The notes under the pieces are model-generated. The model searched no databases. It was not told the DNA's origin and was given only the letters and a program-made list of their open reading frames with translations. Below, piece after piece: positions 29,468-40,162 of a stretch of DNA of 64,000 nt. The position numbers and the translations under genes are program-made. Positions within the stretch are counted from its first letter, which is position 1, and the number at the start of each line of letters is the position of its first letter. The DNA lies in the NCBI GenBank assembly GCA_041492755.1, contig JBGPXN010000001.1:1-64000 (forward strand), written 5' to 3'. The stretch is from Candidatus Methylomirabilia bacterium (GTDB lineage Bacteria; Methylomirabilota; Methylomirabilia; Rokubacteriales; CSP1-6).

Positions 29468-31609
29468 TCACTCCCGCGGCGGGTTCGCGGCATTGGGGTT
29501 CTTGATCTTCTCGCGATCGGCCAGCGCGGGCTGCTCCCGGAGCGCCATCTTGCGGGACAGCCGCATCTTGCCGTTGCCATCGATCTCGATGACCTTGACC
29601 AGCACCTCGTCGCCCTCGGTGAGGACGTCCTGCACGGTGCGAATCCGCGAGTCCGCGATCTGCGAGATGTGCAGCAGCCCCTCCGTGTTGGGAATGACCT
29701 CCACGAAGGCGCCGAACTCGACGATCTTCTTCACCTTGCCCAGGTAGATCCGGTCCAGCTCCACCTCGCGGCAGATGTCCTGGATGATCTCGACCGCCTT
29801 CTGCACCGACGCCTGGTCGGGCGAGAACACGGTCACCCGGCCGTCGTCCTCCACGTCGATCTTGGTGCCGGTCTGCTCCTGGATGCCCCGAATCACCTTG
29901 CCGCCGGGGCCGATGATCTCGCGAATCTTCTCCGGCCGGATCTTGATGGTGACGAAGCGCGGCGCGTACGGTGACAGCTCGGGCCGCGGCTTCTCGATGG
30001 CCTCGCGCATCTTGCCGAGGACGAACATGCGCGCCTCGCGCGCGTTGGCCAGCGCGGTGCGCATGATCTCGATGGACACCCCGGCGATCTTGATGTCCAT
30101 CTGCAGCGCGGTGATGCCCTTGTCGGTGCCGGCGACCTTGAAGTCCATGTCGCCGTAATGATCCTCGGTCCCCATGATGTCGGTGAGGATGCCGAAGCGC
30201 TCGCCCTCCTTCACCAGGCCCATCGCGATGCCGGCCACGTGCGACTTGAGCGGCACGCCGGCGTCCATGAGCGCGAGCGACGCGCCGCACACGGTGGCCA
30301 TGGACGACGAGCCGTTCGATTCGAGGATGTCGGAGACCACCCGGATCGTGTACGGAAACTCTTCCTTCGGCGGCAGGATGGCTTCCACCGCCCGCTCGGC
30401 CAGCGCGCCGTGCCCGATGTCGCGGCGCGAGGGCCCTCCGAACCGGCGGACTTCACCAACCGAGAACGACGGGAAGTTGTAGTGGAGCAGAAAGTTGCGG
30501 TAGGACTCGCCGGTGAGCGCTTCGATCTTCTGCTCGTCCGACTTGGTGCCGAGCGTCGCCGACACCAGCGCCTGCGTCTCGCCCCGGGTGAAGAGCGCCG
30601 AGCCGTGCGCACGGGGCAGGTACGACATCTCGATGGAGATCGGCCGGATCTCGTCGGCCCGGCGACCGTCCACGCGCCGGCCCTGCTCGACGATCAGCCG
30701 GCGCACCTCGGCCTGCTCCACCGCCTCGAACGCCTCGCGAACGGCGGCCTTCTGACTCTCGTCCATCCCGAGCGCCTGGACCACTTCGTCGAACACGCGG
30801 CCGACGGCCTCCCCGCGCGGGTGCTTTTCGTGGATCGCGAACGCAGCGGCCAGCTTCTCGGCGGCGAGCTCGCGGACGCGGGCCTCCAGCACGGCGTCGT
30901 GGCCCGCGGAAGGATCGAATGCCCAGCGCGGCTTCCCCGCGCGCGCCACGAGCTGGCGCTGCACCTGGGCCAGCCGCTTGCATTCGGCGTGGCCGAAGGC
31001 GATCGCCTCGAGCATCACGTCCTCGGGCAGCTCGCGCGCCCCCGACTCCACCATCAGCACCGCGTCTTCGGTGCCCGCGACGACCAGGTCTAGCGTGGAT
31101 CGCGCCAGGTCGGAGTGGGTGGGGTTGGCGACGAACCGGCCGTCGACGTACCCGACACGAGCGGCGCCCACCGGCCCCGCGAACGGGATGCCGGACAGGC
31201 AGAGCGCGGCGGACGCGCCGTTCATGGCGAGGATGTCCGGATCGTTTTCCGGGTCTCCGGAAATGACGAGGCAAATGACCTGGACCTCGTTCTTGAATCC
31301 CTTGGGGAAGAGCGGCCGGATCGGCCGGTCGATGAGGCGGCAGGTCAGGGTCTCCTTCTTGACCGGCGCGCCCTCGCGCTTGAAATATCCGCCCGGGATG
31401 CGGCCGCCCGCATAGGCGCGCTCGCGATACTCCACGGTGAGCGGGAAGAAATCCTGGGCCTCACGGGCGTTCTTGGCGGCAACGCAGGTCGCGAGCACCA
31501 TCGTGCCCCCGTAGCGCACCACGACCGCGCCATCCGCTTGCTGCGCGACCGAGCCCGTCTCGATCGAAAGGGGCTGGCCGTTGACGTCGACTTCCACGGT
31601 TTGTTTCAT
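29468..31609 (-). CDS. pnp: Polyribonucleotide nucleotidyltransferase
   Basis: FFPLTVEYRE, HGSALFTRGETQ, ESNGSSSMA, GDMDFKVAG motifs; KH and S1 domains. Confidence 0.98.
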   Translation of the reverse strand: MKQTVEVDVNGQPLSIETGSVAQQADGAVVVRYGGTMVLATCVAAKNAREAQDFFPLTVEYRERAYAGGRIPGGYFKREGAPVKKETLTCRLIDRPIRPLFPKGFKNEVQVICLVISGDPENDPDILAMNGASAALCLSGIPFAGPVGAARVGYVDGRFVANPTHSDLARSTLDLVVAGTEDAVLMVESGARELPEDVMLEAIAFGHAECKRLAQVQRQLVARAGKPRWAFDPSAGHDAVLEARVRELAAEKLAAAFAIHEKHPRGEAVGRVFDEVVQALGMDESQKAAVREAFEAVEQAEVRRLIVEQGRRVDGRRADEIRPISIEMSYLPRAHGSALFTRGETQALVSATLGTKSDEQKIEALTGESYRNFLLHYNFPSFSVGEVRRFGGPSRRDIGHGALAERAVEAILPPKEEFPYTIRVVSDILESNGSSSMATVCGASLALMDAGVPLKSHVAGIAMGLVKEGERFGILTDIMGTEDHYGDMDFKVAGTDKGITALQMDIKIAGVSIEIMRTALANAREARMFVLGKMREAIEKPRPELSPYAPRFVTIKIRPEKIREIIGPGGKVIRGIQEQTGTKIDVEDDGRVTVFSPDQASVQKAVEIIQDICREVELDRIYLGKVKKIVEFGAFVEVIPNTEGLLHISQIADSRIRTVQDVLTEGDEVLVKVIEIDGNGKMRLSRKMALREQPALADREKIKNPNAANPPRE

Positions 31610-31715
31610 ACGAGCGTTCGTCCTCGTGGGTCCGCGTCCGGTGATGGGCGACGCTCGAGCGCCGCCGGCGCCGACTGGCGGAAACCCCGGCAGATGCAGG
31701 TGAGAAGAGGGACCG

Positions 31716-31985
31716 TCACCGACGGATACCGAGCTTCTCGATGACGGCTCGATACCGGTCCGGGGCGCCGTTCTTGAGATATTCGAGGAGCCCCCGGCGC
31801 TTGCCGATCAGCATCAGCAGACCGCGGCGGGAGTGGTGATCCTTGCTGTGCTGCTTGAAGTGCTCGGTGAGGCTGTTGATCCGCTCGGTCAGGAGGGCGA
31901 TCTGGACCTCGGGGGATCCGGTGTCGCCCTCGTGCGTACGGAACTGCTCGATGAGGCTCTTCTTCTTGTCGATGGTCAACGGCAT
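31716..31985 (-). CDS. rpsO: 30S ribosomal protein S15
   Basis: [13 protein letters not shown] and [10 protein letters not shown] motifs; GGAGG RBS. Confidence 0.98.
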   Translation of the reverse strand: MPLTIDKKKSLIEQFRTHEGDTGSPEVQIALLTERINSLTEHFKQHSKDHHSRRGLLMLIGKRRGLLEYLKNGAPDRYRAVIEKLGIRR

Positions 31986-32071
31986 GGGTGGGTCTCCTCC
32001 AATCGCCACGCCCAGAGAGAATCGCCCCAGACGGGTTCAAAACACCTTGTTTTGTCGCTAATTACGACCAA

Positions 32072-32100
32072 ACGGTACCATGCGATTTTTCGGATGTAAA
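32072..32100 (-). promoter_or_regulatory. Promoter of rpsO
   Basis: TTTACA-17nt-TACCGT with TG extension, in an AT-rich intergenic region. Confidence 0.5.
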
Positions 32101-32108
32101 GGGATGGT

Positions 32109-33026
32109 TCAGAGCACGCGGCGGGCGTGCTCGACGTCGGCGGCGATCTGGGCCAGGAGCGCATCGACGTTCGGAAACTTCTGCTCGCTCCGGAGCCGCT
32201 CGACGAACGCCAGCGTCACCCGCGATCCGTATAGATCACCCGAGAAATCGAGAAGATAAGCCTCCACGGCGAGCACTGTTTCTCCGAACGTCGGGCGCAC
32301 GCCGATGTTCACGACGGCGGGCTCCGCGCGGTCCCCCACCCGGGCTCGACACGCGTAGACACCGGCGGGGACGAGCAGGGGCCGCTCGGATTGAACGTTC
32401 GCGGTCGGAAACCCCAGTCCACGGCCGCGGCCGGCACCCCGCACCACCTCCCCGGTGATGCTGTACGGCCGGCCGAGATCGCGAGCAGCCCGGGCCACGT
32501 CGCCCGCACGCAACGCGCCCCGGATCTCAGAAGACGAGACCGGCACGCCGTCGATGACCAGCGGCGGCACCACGGTGGCCTTGAACCCGAGGCGGGGGGC
32601 GAGCTCCTCCAGGAGGCGCGCATCACCACGCGCGCCCCGGCCGAAGGTGTGGTTGTAGCCGACGACCACCTGCTGTGCTCGGAGCCGGCCGTGCAGAACG
32701 TCCTTCACGAAGGCCTCGGGCTCCATCCGCGCCAGCTCGAGCGTGAAGGCCAGCACGACGGTGGCGTCGATCCCCCGCTCGCCGATCACGGCCAGCCGCT
32801 CGTCGAGTGAGGCGATCGGCGCCGACGCCCGCTGTGGCTGCAACACGTCCATCGGGTGAGGATCGAAGGTGCACGCCACGGCGTCGAGGCCGGCGGCGCG
32901 GGCGCGCCGCACGGCGGTGTCGAGGATCGCCTGGTGCCCGAGGTGTACGCCGTCGAAGATGCCGAGGGCGACGGCCGCGGGCGCGGGGTCAGACGGATAC
33001 GACTCGAGGCCCCTGATGGTCCGCAT
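32109..33026 (-). CDS. ribF: Riboflavin kinase / FAD synthetase
   Basis: GIFDGVHLGH, SSSEIR, GRGLGFPTAN and NIGVRPTF motifs. Confidence 0.96.
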   Translation of the reverse strand: MRTIRGLESYPSDPAPAAVALGIFDGVHLGHQAILDTAVRRARAAGLDAVACTFDPHPMDVLQPQRASAPIASLDERLAVIGERGIDATVVLAFTLELARMEPEAFVKDVLHGRLRAQQVVVGYNHTFGRGARGDARLLEELAPRLGFKATVVPPLVIDGVPVSSSEIRGALRAGDVARAARDLGRPYSITGEVVRGAGRGRGLGFPTANVQSERPLLVPAGVYACRARVGDRAEPAVVNIGVRPTFGETVLAVEAYLLDFSGDLYGSRVTLAFVERLRSEQKFPNVDALLAQIAADVEHARRVL

Positions 33027-33918
33027 GGAGGATCCGCACCGGCTTCACCCGGCTGCCGCGCGCCAGCACCTCGCCGATGCCGAGAAGGACGCCCGCCTCG
33101 TCGTGCACGCGCACGAGCGCTCCGTCCGCGGCCACGCCGACCTCCACCGTCTGCCCGTGGACGAACGCGACGGCGCGCCGCTGATCGACGCTCACGGCGG
33201 GCCAATCCGGCAGCGCGGACCCGGGCGGGAGCACGCGCGTCCACAGCGTCGCGGGTTCCTCCGTGCTCAGCGCGGCGGACGCGAGCGCGTCGCTCAACGT
33301 GAAGGCGCCCAACCGCGTTCGGACGAGCCCGGCTACGGCGCCGCCGCAGCCGAGGGCGGCGCCGAGGTCGGCGGCCAGGCTGCGAACGTACGTTCCCTTC
33401 CCGCAGACGACGCGCAGCCGCACCTCGGGAAGCGCGATGGCCTCGACCGTGATCGCGTGCACGACCACGTCTTTGGCCTGCCGCGCGACTTCCACGCCCT
33501 CGCGCGCGAACTCGTACAGGCGCCGGCCCTCGTGGTGCACCGCCGAATACATCGGGGGCAGCTGGCGGATGCGGCCGACGAAGGGGCCGATCGCGATCTC
33601 CAGCGCCGCGCGGTCGAGCGGCGGCACGGGTGCCTCGGCGACGATTCGCCCGGTCAGGTCGTAGGTGTCCGTCGACACGCCGAGGCGGACCGTCACCACG
33701 TATTCCTTGTCGGCGTCGGCCAGGTAGGGCATCAGCTTGGTGGCCTCGCCGATCAGGATCGGCAGGACACCGGTCGCGGATGGATCGAGAGTGCCGGCAT
33801 GGCCGACGCGCTGGGCGCGCAGCCGCCGGCGGACGAGCCGCACGACGTCGAACGACGTGATGCCGGCGGCCTTGTCCGCGACCAGCAGGCCTGACCGCAG
33901 GGCCGCCGCGGTCACCAC
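32989..33918 (-). CDS. truB: tRNA pseudouridine(55) synthase
   Basis: GHAGTLDPSATGVL, PPMYSA and GTYVRSLA motifs. Confidence 0.96.
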   Translation of the reverse strand: MVTAAALRSGLLVADKAAGITSFDVVRLVRRRLRAQRVGHAGTLDPSATGVLPILIGEATKLMPYLADADKEYVVTVRLGVSTDTYDLTGRIVAEAPVPPLDRAALEIAIGPFVGRIRQLPPMYSAVHHEGRRLYEFAREGVEVARQAKDVVVHAITVEAIALPEVRLRVVCGKGTYVRSLAADLGAALGCGGAVAGLVRTRLGAFTLSDALASAALSTEEPATLWTRVLPPGSALPDWPAVSVDQRRAVAFVHGQTVEVGVAADGALVRVHDEAGVLLGIGEVLARGSRVKPVRILHADHQGPRVVSV

Positions 33919-33973
33919 GGCACTGCGGAGCGTCGCGTTGCGGCGGTCACCCCTGAGCGCAGCGCCCTCGCGG

Positions 33974-34981
33974 TCACGACCGGGCGCCCGCCGGCGCGCC
34001 CAGCGACGCGCGCACCGACTCGAGGACGCGCGGGGTGACGGCGTCGAGCGCGCCGGGAATGCTGCATCCCGCCGCGTTCGGATGGCCGCCGCCGCCGAAA
34101 TTGGCGGCGATGCGGCTCACGTCCACGTCTCCCTTGCCGCGCAGGCTGACTTTCACCTGCCCATCGCGCTCGCGGAGCAGGCAGGCGACACGGACGGAGG
34201 CGATCGACCGCGGATAGTTCACGAGGTCTTCAGCCTCGACGAACGATTCGGGAACCAGGCCGGCCGGCAACGCCAGCCACGCGAGCTGGCCATCGTCGCT
34301 GACCCGGACCCGGCGCAGCACTTCGCCGAGCCATCCGAGCGCGTCGACCGGCCGCCGCTCGTAGAGGCAACCTGCCACGAACGCCGGGTCCGCGCCGGCG
34401 GCGGCCAGCGCGGCCGCGGTGTGGAACGTGCGCGGCGTGACATTGGAATACCGGAACGAGCCGGTGTCGGTGTGGATCGCCGTGTAGAGATTGGTCGCGA
34501 TGGCCGGCGTGAGCGGCGCCCCGAGGGCGGCGAGCAGATCGAACACCATCTCGCCGGTGGCGGCGGCGCCCGGATCGATCCAGTCGACGTCGCCGTAGCG
34601 CCGGTTGTCGTGGTGGTGATCGATGTTCACGATCGTCGCGCCCGTCGCGCGCGCACGCTCCAGCAACCCTTCGGTGCGCGCGGGGTTGGGGCAGTCCGTG
34701 AGCACGGCGACGTCGAACGGACCGGCGACGTCACGGATCGGCGTGTAGCGCTCGACGCCCGGCAGGAAGGCGAGCACGTCCGGCGCGGGGTGCGGGCCAC
34801 CGTAGGCGACCGACCACCCCCGGCTCTCCAGCGCCAGCCCGAGCGCCAGCAGCGTGCCGAGGACGTCGGCGTCGGGATGCACGTGGCCCAGCATGAGCGC
34901 GCGCCCGGCCGGCCGGCGGAACGGGGCAAGGACGCTCTCGGGGATGGCGGGTCCGGCCCCCCGACGGCTAGGTCCCGTCAT
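33974..34981 (-). CDS. DHH/DHHA1 phosphoesterase (NrnA-like)
   Basis: HVHPDAD, IDHH, DTGSF and GGGGHPNAAG motifs. Confidence 0.92.
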   Translation of the reverse strand: MTGPSRRGAGPAIPESVLAPFRRPAGRALMLGHVHPDADVLGTLLALGLALESRGWSVAYGGPHPAPDVLAFLPGVERYTPIRDVAGPFDVAVLTDCPNPARTEGLLERARATGATIVNIDHHHDNRRYGDVDWIDPGAAATGEMVFDLLAALGAPLTPAIATNLYTAIHTDTGSFRYSNVTPRTFHTAAALAAAGADPAFVAGCLYERRPVDALGWLGEVLRRVRVSDDGQLAWLALPAGLVPESFVEAEDLVNYPRSIASVRVACLLRERDGQVKVSLRGKGDVDVSRIAANFGGGGHPNAAGCSIPGALDAVTPRVLESVRASLGAPAGARS

Positions 34982-35315
34982 TCAGGTCCTGGAGCAGGCG
35001 CTGGATTTTTGCGGCGTGCTCCATCGAGCGGTCGGGCCGGATGTCGATCTGCGGCGTGACACGCAGATCGAGGTGACTGCGCAGCCAGCTGCGGATGAAC
35101 CCTCGGGCGCTGCCGAGCGCGGCCAGCGAGGCCGCCCACTTTTCCTCGTCCCCCAGAACGGACACGAAGACCTTGGCGACCCGGAGGTCTTTCGACGTCT
35201 CCACATCGGTGACGGTCACGAAGCCCAGACGGGGGTCCTTGAGCTCGCGCTGCAGCAGCATCGAGACTTCTTCCTTGATGAGTTGATTGACACGATCCAG
35301 CCGCTTTCCCTGCAT
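34968..35315 (-). CDS. rbfA: Ribosome-binding factor A
   Basis: KDPRLGFVTVTDVETSKDLRVAKVFVS and LRVTPQI motifs. Confidence 0.96.
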   Translation of the reverse strand: MQGKRLDRVNQLIKEEVSMLLQRELKDPRLGFVTVTDVETSKDLRVAKVFVSVLGDEEKWAASLAALGSARGFIRSWLRSHLDLRVTPQIDIRPDRSMEHAAKIQRLLQDLNDGT

Positions 35316-35605
35316 CAGAGCATCTCCACCGAGACGTCGATCACCATGCCATCGACGTTGGCCTCGATGAACTCGAGTGCCTTGGACACCACTTCGTTGG
35401 CATGGCGGGATTCGTGGGAGACACACACCACCGCGAGCGTGGCGCGCTGCCACAGGTCGTGATGGTCGACCTCGGCCACCGCGACTTCGAAACGCTGCCG
35501 GACCTTTTCCTTCAGCCCCTTGAGGACGTGCCGCTTGCCCTTGAGGGAGTCGACGTCCGGGAGGTGCAGCTCGACGGTGCCGAGAGCCACCCGCGCGACC
35601 GACAT
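35315..35605 (-). CDS. DUF503 (YlxP) family protein
   Basis: SLKGKR and VAEVDHHDLWQR motifs; between infB and rbfA. Confidence 0.9.
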   Translation of the reverse strand: MSVARVALGTVELHLPDVDSLKGKRHVLKGLKEKVRQRFEVAVAEVDHHDLWQRATLAVVCVSHESRHANEVVSKALEFIEANVDGMVIDVSVEML

Positions 35606-35623
35606 CTTCCTCTCCGTGCGGGG

Positions 35624-38197
35624 CTAGAGCGTGCGCGCGATTTCCTCGGTCGTGAAGACCTCGAGAATGTCGCCCTGCTGCACCCCGCTCACGCCGTCGA
35701 CGCCGATGCCGCACTCGAGACCGGCCAGCACCTCGCGCGCCTCATCCTTGAACCGTTTGAGGGAGCCGACCGTTCCGTCGCCGATGACGGTGTCGCCCCG
35801 CCGCACCCGAATCCGGGCGTTGCGAACAATCTTGCCCTCCTGCACGTACGAGCCGGCGATCGGGCCCAGCTTCGAGATCACGAAGACCTGGCGCACCTGG
35901 GCGCGGCCAAGGATCGTCTCGCGGATCTCCGGAGCCAGCATGCCGGCCAGCGCGGCCTTCAGGTCGTTGATGGCCTCGTAGATGATGTTGTAGTGGCGGA
36001 GGTCGACGCCGTTGGCCTGGGCCTGGCTGGCCGCTTTCGGCTCCGCCTTGACGTTGAAGCCGAGCACGATGGCGCTCGAAGCCGACGCCAGCATGACGTC
36101 GCTCTCGTTGATCGCGCCCACCGAGCTGTGGATGACCTTCAGCTTGACTTCTTCGGTGGACAACCGCTCCAGCGACTCCGTGAGGGCTTCCACCGACCCC
36201 TGGACGTCCGCCTTGAGGATGAGCCGAAGCTCCTTGACCTCGCCCGACACGATCTGCTTCTGCAGACCCTCGAGGGTGATGCGGGTCGACGCCTTGCCCT
36301 TCGCCTTCTCCTTGTCCTGACGCATGCCCGCGATCTGCCGGGCCTTGCGCTCGTCGGAGACGGCGACCAGGACGTCGCCCGCCGACGGCACACCGCTCAG
36401 GCCCAGGATCTCCACCGGGTCCGAGGGACCGGCCTCCTTCGTCTTGCGTCCGAACGGATCCACGAGCGCGCGCACGCGCCCGGAGTGGGCGCCGACGACG
36501 ACCGCCTCACCCTCGTGCAGCGTGCCGTTCTGGATGAGGACGGTCGCGACCGGACCGCGGCCGCGATCGAGCCGGCTCTCGATGATGACGCCCTTGGCGG
36601 AGCGGGCGGGGTTCGCCTTGAGCTCGAGGATCTCCGCCTGCAGGGCGGACATTTCGAGCAGCTGCTCGATGCCCGTCCCCTTCTTCGCCGAGGTGGACAC
36701 GAAGATCGTCTGTCCGCCCCATTCCTCCGGCACCAGCGCGTGGTTGGCGAGCTCGCGCTTCACCCGCTCGGGGTCCGCCTCCGGCTTGTCGATCTTGTTC
36801 ACGGCCACGATGATCGGCACGTTGGCGGCGCGGGCGTGGTTGATGGCCTCCACTGTCTGCGGCATGACGCCGTCGTCGGCGGCCACCACGAGGATGACGA
36901 TGTCGGTCGCCTGCGCGCCGCGCGCCCGCATGGCGGTGAACGCTTCGTGACCGGGCGTGTCCAGGAAGGTCACCTTGCCATGCGACGTCATGACCTGGTA
37001 CGCGCCGATGTGCTGGGTGATGCCTCCCGCTTCCTTCTCCGCCACCTTCGTGCGTCGGATGGCATCGAGGAGCGACGTCTTGCCGTGGTCGACGTGACCC
37101 ATGACGGTGACCACCGGCGGCCGCAAGCTGAGCTGACCGGCGTCGGCCTCCTCTTCCTCGAGGACATCGCCTTCCACCGAGCGGATCTCGAGATCGAAGC
37201 CGAACTTGTCGGCGGCGAGCTTGGCCGCGGTGGGATCGAGCAACTCGTTCACCGTCGCCATCACACCGAGCTCGAGCAGCGCCTTGATCACCTCGCCCGA
37301 CTTCCGCCGCATCTTCTCCGCCAGCTCGGCCACCGTGACCGATTCCCCCACACGGACGACTTCCCGCTTGACGTCGACGGCCGGCGCGGGCGGCGGCGGC
37401 GGTGGTTCGACAACGGCCACGGCCGCTGGCGAAACGACCCCCGGGCGGAGGGGTTCAACCGCGAGTGGCGCGGGCGCGCTCGCGGCCTGCGCCACCGGCG
37501 CGGGTTCCCGCCGGGGTGGCGGCAGTGGCGGCGTAAGCCGCGGAGGCCCGACGGTGATGCGCGGCGGCGCGAACGGACCGACGGGCTGCCGCGACGGCCG
37601 CGACGGCGGCGCGGCCGGGCGTTCGAGCGGCCGGAACGGCACGATCTTCGGCTCCGGCTTCCGCGGCGTCCCCGGCGCCGGCGGCGGCGTGGTCACGACT
37701 GGCTTCGGAGACCACGGCAGCTCGACAATCGGAGGCGCAGCAGGAGAAGCCACCGCCGCCGGCGTGAGCTCCACGGGTTCCGGCGGCTTGACGACGACCG
37801 GCAGCTCCGGTGCGACTTCAACCGGCGGTGCTTCCGTCGTCTCGGCAGGCTTCGGCTTCACGATCGTCGCCGTCGGACGGAGCTCGAGGGGGGTGTCCTC
37901 GGTCTCCGCGGTCTTGACCTTCCTCGCTCGCGGTGACTTCGTCAGGAGCGCGGCGGCGTCGCCCGTGCCGCCTTCCTCCGGCGCCTTCGCGCGGGCCGGT
38001 CGCTTCGGCTTCGGCTCCTCCGGCAGCTCGCGGCCTTTGCCGAGCTTCACGCGCAGCGAATTGGCGAGGGTGGCCTCGAGTGGGGTCATGGCGCGCACGC
38101 CCTTGTGCCCCATCTCCTCGGCGGCCAGCATCAGATCCTTGCTGGTCACGCCAAGCTCCTTGGCGAGTTCGATCACCTTTATCTTTGTCGCTGCCAA
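35624..38197 (-). CDS. infB: Translation initiation factor IF-2
   Basis: [17 protein letters not shown] and NKID motifs; TTG start with GAGGTGAGG RBS. Confidence 0.98.
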   Translation of the reverse strand: MAATKIKVIELAKELGVTSKDLMLAAEEMGHKGVRAMTPLEATLANSLRVKLGKGRELPEEPKPKRPARAKAPEEGGTGDAAALLTKSPRARKVKTAETEDTPLELRPTATIVKPKPAETTEAPPVEVAPELPVVVKPPEPVELTPAAVASPAAPPIVELPWSPKPVVTTPPPAPGTPRKPEPKIVPFRPLERPAAPPSRPSRQPVGPFAPPRITVGPPRLTPPLPPPRREPAPVAQAASAPAPLAVEPLRPGVVSPAAVAVVEPPPPPPAPAVDVKREVVRVGESVTVAELAEKMRRKSGEVIKALLELGVMATVNELLDPTAAKLAADKFGFDLEIRSVEGDVLEEEEADAGQLSLRPPVVTVMGHVDHGKTSLLDAIRRTKVAEKEAGGITQHIGAYQVMTSHGKVTFLDTPGHEAFTAMRARGAQATDIVILVVAADDGVMPQTVEAINHARAANVPIIVAVNKIDKPEADPERVKRELANHALVPEEWGGQTIFVSTSAKKGTGIEQLLEMSALQAEILELKANPARSAKGVIIESRLDRGRGPVATVLIQNGTLHEGEAVVVGAHSGRVRALVDPFGRKTKEAGPSDPVEILGLSGVPSAGDVLVAVSDERKARQIAGMRQDKEKAKGKASTRITLEGLQKQIVSGEVKELRLILKADVQGSVEALTESLERLSTEEVKLKVIHSSVGAINESDVMLASASSAIVLGFNVKAEPKAASQAQANGVDLRHYNIIYEAINDLKAALAGMLAPEIRETILGRAQVRQVFVISKLGPIAGSYVQEGKIVRNARIRVRRGDTVIGDGTVGSLKRFKDEAREVLAGLECGIGVDGVSGVQQGDILEVFTTEEIARTL

Positions 38198-38463
38198 AGC
38201 CCCCTCACCTCCTCGACCAGGTCCATCCGCATCTCACAAGGCTTCCTGAATGCCTGCGCGAGTCGTCGCGACACGAGCGCACGCCCCCAACACGCCGGCT
38301 CTCCGCACACGTAGGCGCCACGTCCGGGCACAACGCCGCGGGCGTCCACCCGGACCACACCGTCTGCGGCCCGCACGAGTCGAACGAGCTGCCGCTTCGG
38401 CTTGACCTGCCGGCACCCGAGACAGGTACGCCGTGGCTCATCGCCGTCGCCGCCGTCACCCGT
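38179..38463 (-). CDS. ylxR: YlxR (DUF448) RNA-binding protein; no canonical in-frame start, candidate ACG
   Basis: EPRRTCLGCRQVKPKRQLVRLVR..GRGAYVC; between nusA and infB. Confidence 0.8.
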   Translation of the reverse strand, partial: TGDGGDGDEPRRTCLGCRQVKPKRQLVRLVRAADGVVRVDARGVVPGRGAYVCGEPACWGRALVSRRLAQAFRKPCEMRMDLVEEVRGLWQRQR

Positions 38464-39610
38464 TGACCGCGCCGTCCGCGGGCCCCGGGGTCGCGTCCTG
38501 GATCTCCGTGGCCGGCTCGCCGGCGGCCTCCGTCGGCCGCTCGCCGCCGGACTCCGACCGCGCCGCCTCGACCTCGGCCTCGCTCTTGATGTCGATGCGC
38601 ATGCCGGTGAGCTTGGCCGCCAGCCGCGCGTTCTGTCCCTTCTTACCGATCGCCAGCGAAAGCTGGTTGTCGGGAACGACGACCAGCGCGGCCAGGCCTT
38701 CCGTGTCGGGCTCGTCGACCACCGTGACCGAGGAAACCTTGGCCGGCGAGAGCGCGCGGGCGACGAACGTCACCGGATCCTCCGACCACTCGATGATATC
38801 GATCTTTTCCCCCCGCAGCTCGCGGCTGATCACCTGGATCCGGGTGCCACGGAGCCCGACGCAGGCGCCGATCGGGTCGACGTCGCGCTTGGTGGACGCC
38901 ACCGCGATCTTCGCGCGTTCACCGGCCTCACGGGCCGCGGCCTTCACGAGGACGATCCCTTCCTGGATCTCGGGGATCTCGGTTTCGAACAACCGCACCA
39001 GGTAGCCTGGATGCGTCCGGGACAGCGTGATTTGCGGTCCCTTTGCCGTCCGTCGCACTTCGAGCACGTAGGCGCGCAAGCGATCGCCGGGGTTGTAGCG
39101 CTCCCCCGGGATCTGCTCGCGATCGGGCAGGATGGCCTCGCCCTTGCCGATCTCGACGATGACGTTGCGCTTCTCGATCCGGTGCACCACCCCGCGCAGG
39201 ATCTGGCCCTCGCGGCCCGCGAACTCGGCGTAGATCCGGTCGCGCTCGGCATCGCGGACGCGCTGGAGGATCACCTGCTTGGCCGTCTGCGCGGCGATGC
39301 GACCGAACTCTTGAGGCGGCAGCTCCTGCTCGAGCTCGTCACCGATCTCGGCTTCGGCGTTCAGCGCCTTGGCCTCGGCCAGACTGAGCTCGATCTTCGG
39401 GTCGGCCACCTCCTCGACCACCGTCTTCCGCCCGTAGACCTTGACCGCGCCGGTCTTGCGGTCGATCTGCATGCGGATGTTGTCGGCGGCGCCGAGGTTC
39501 TTGCGCGACGCCGAGAGCAGGGCAGACTCCAGCGCTTCGAAGAGAACCTCAGGTTCGATTCCCTTCTCGCGACCGATCTGCTCGATCACCATCAGCAATT
39601 CGCGATTCAT
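38456..39610 (-). CDS. nusA: Transcription factor NusA
   Basis: FGRIAAQTAKQVI, REAGERAK and SLAIGKKGQNARLA motifs. Confidence 0.97.
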   Translation of the reverse strand: MNRELLMVIEQIGREKGIEPEVLFEALESALLSASRKNLGAADNIRMQIDRKTGAVKVYGRKTVVEEVADPKIELSLAEAKALNAEAEIGDELEQELPPQEFGRIAAQTAKQVILQRVRDAERDRIYAEFAGREGQILRGVVHRIEKRNVIVEIGKGEAILPDREQIPGERYNPGDRLRAYVLEVRRTAKGPQITLSRTHPGYLVRLFETEIPEIQEGIVLVKAAAREAGERAKIAVASTKRDVDPIGACVGLRGTRIQVISRELRGEKIDIIEWSEDPVTFVARALSPAKVSSVTVVDEPDTEGLAALVVVPDNQLSLAIGKKGQNARLAAKLTGMRIDIKSEAEVEAARSESGGERPTEAAGEPATEIQDATPGPADGAVNG

Positions 39611-40083
39611 TCCCCCGACTTCACCCGCGGCCACGGCACGTCCGCGTCCAGCCGCGCCTTCGTCACGCTCGGGCGTGGCACCTCGATCCGGTCACTGTCG
39701 CGCTCGAGCACCAACCGGTCCGGCCCCACGTGCGCGAGCCGTCCCCGCAACTCCTCGCCGCCGGCCAGCCAGCACTGCACGCGCTTGCCCACCGCCCACC
39801 TGAACTCGCGGTCTGAGCGCAGGAGCCGGTCCAGCCCCGGCGACGATACCTCCAAATCATACGGGTCCGCGATCGCCCCTTCTGCATCGAGCAGGTGACC
39901 GATCTCTCGGCTCACGCGCTCACAGTCGCCGATCCCCACACCTTCCGGCTTGTCCACGAAGACGCGGAGCACGGACCGCGGGCGCCGGGGGCGCCATTCG
40001 AGATCGACGAGCTCCAATCCGTGATCGCGGAGCACGGGCAGGATGATGTTCTCGATCCGGCCCCCGTGCTCGTCATCCATCAT
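39607..40083 (-). CDS. rimP: Ribosome maturation factor RimP
   Basis: DCERVSR and YDLEVSSPGLDR motifs. Confidence 0.95.
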   Translation of the reverse strand: MMDDEHGGRIENIILPVLRDHGLELVDLEWRPRRPRSVLRVFVDKPEGVGIGDCERVSREIGHLLDAEGAIADPYDLEVSSPGLDRLLRSDREFRWAVGKRVQCWLAGGEELRGRLAHVGPDRLVLERDSDRIEVPRPSVTKARLDADVPWPRVKSGE

Positions 40084-40101
40084 TGGCGTGCCCACGAAAT
40101 C

Positions 40102-40160
40102 AAAAAAGTGGGCAACGCCCACTTTTTCAGGACTTTAGCACGTGCCGGCGCGGGAGGCAA
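40102..40160 (-). promoter_or_regulatory. rimP promoter and leader hairpin
   Basis: TTGCCT-17nt-TAAAGT, then AAAAAGTGGGC-GTT-GCCCACTTTTTT (terminator-like rimP leader). Confidence 0.75.
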
Positions 40161-40162
40161 GT

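Noticed and set aside
31610..31715. Structured RNA between rpsO and pnp
   Set aside because: Only short GC-rich pairings are visible. An RNase III-type leader is plausible but cannot be supported without folding and covariation analysis.
37380..38000. Pro/Ala-rich low-complexity stretch in infB as an insertion
   Set aside because: The IF-2 N-terminal region is normally variable and low-complexity.
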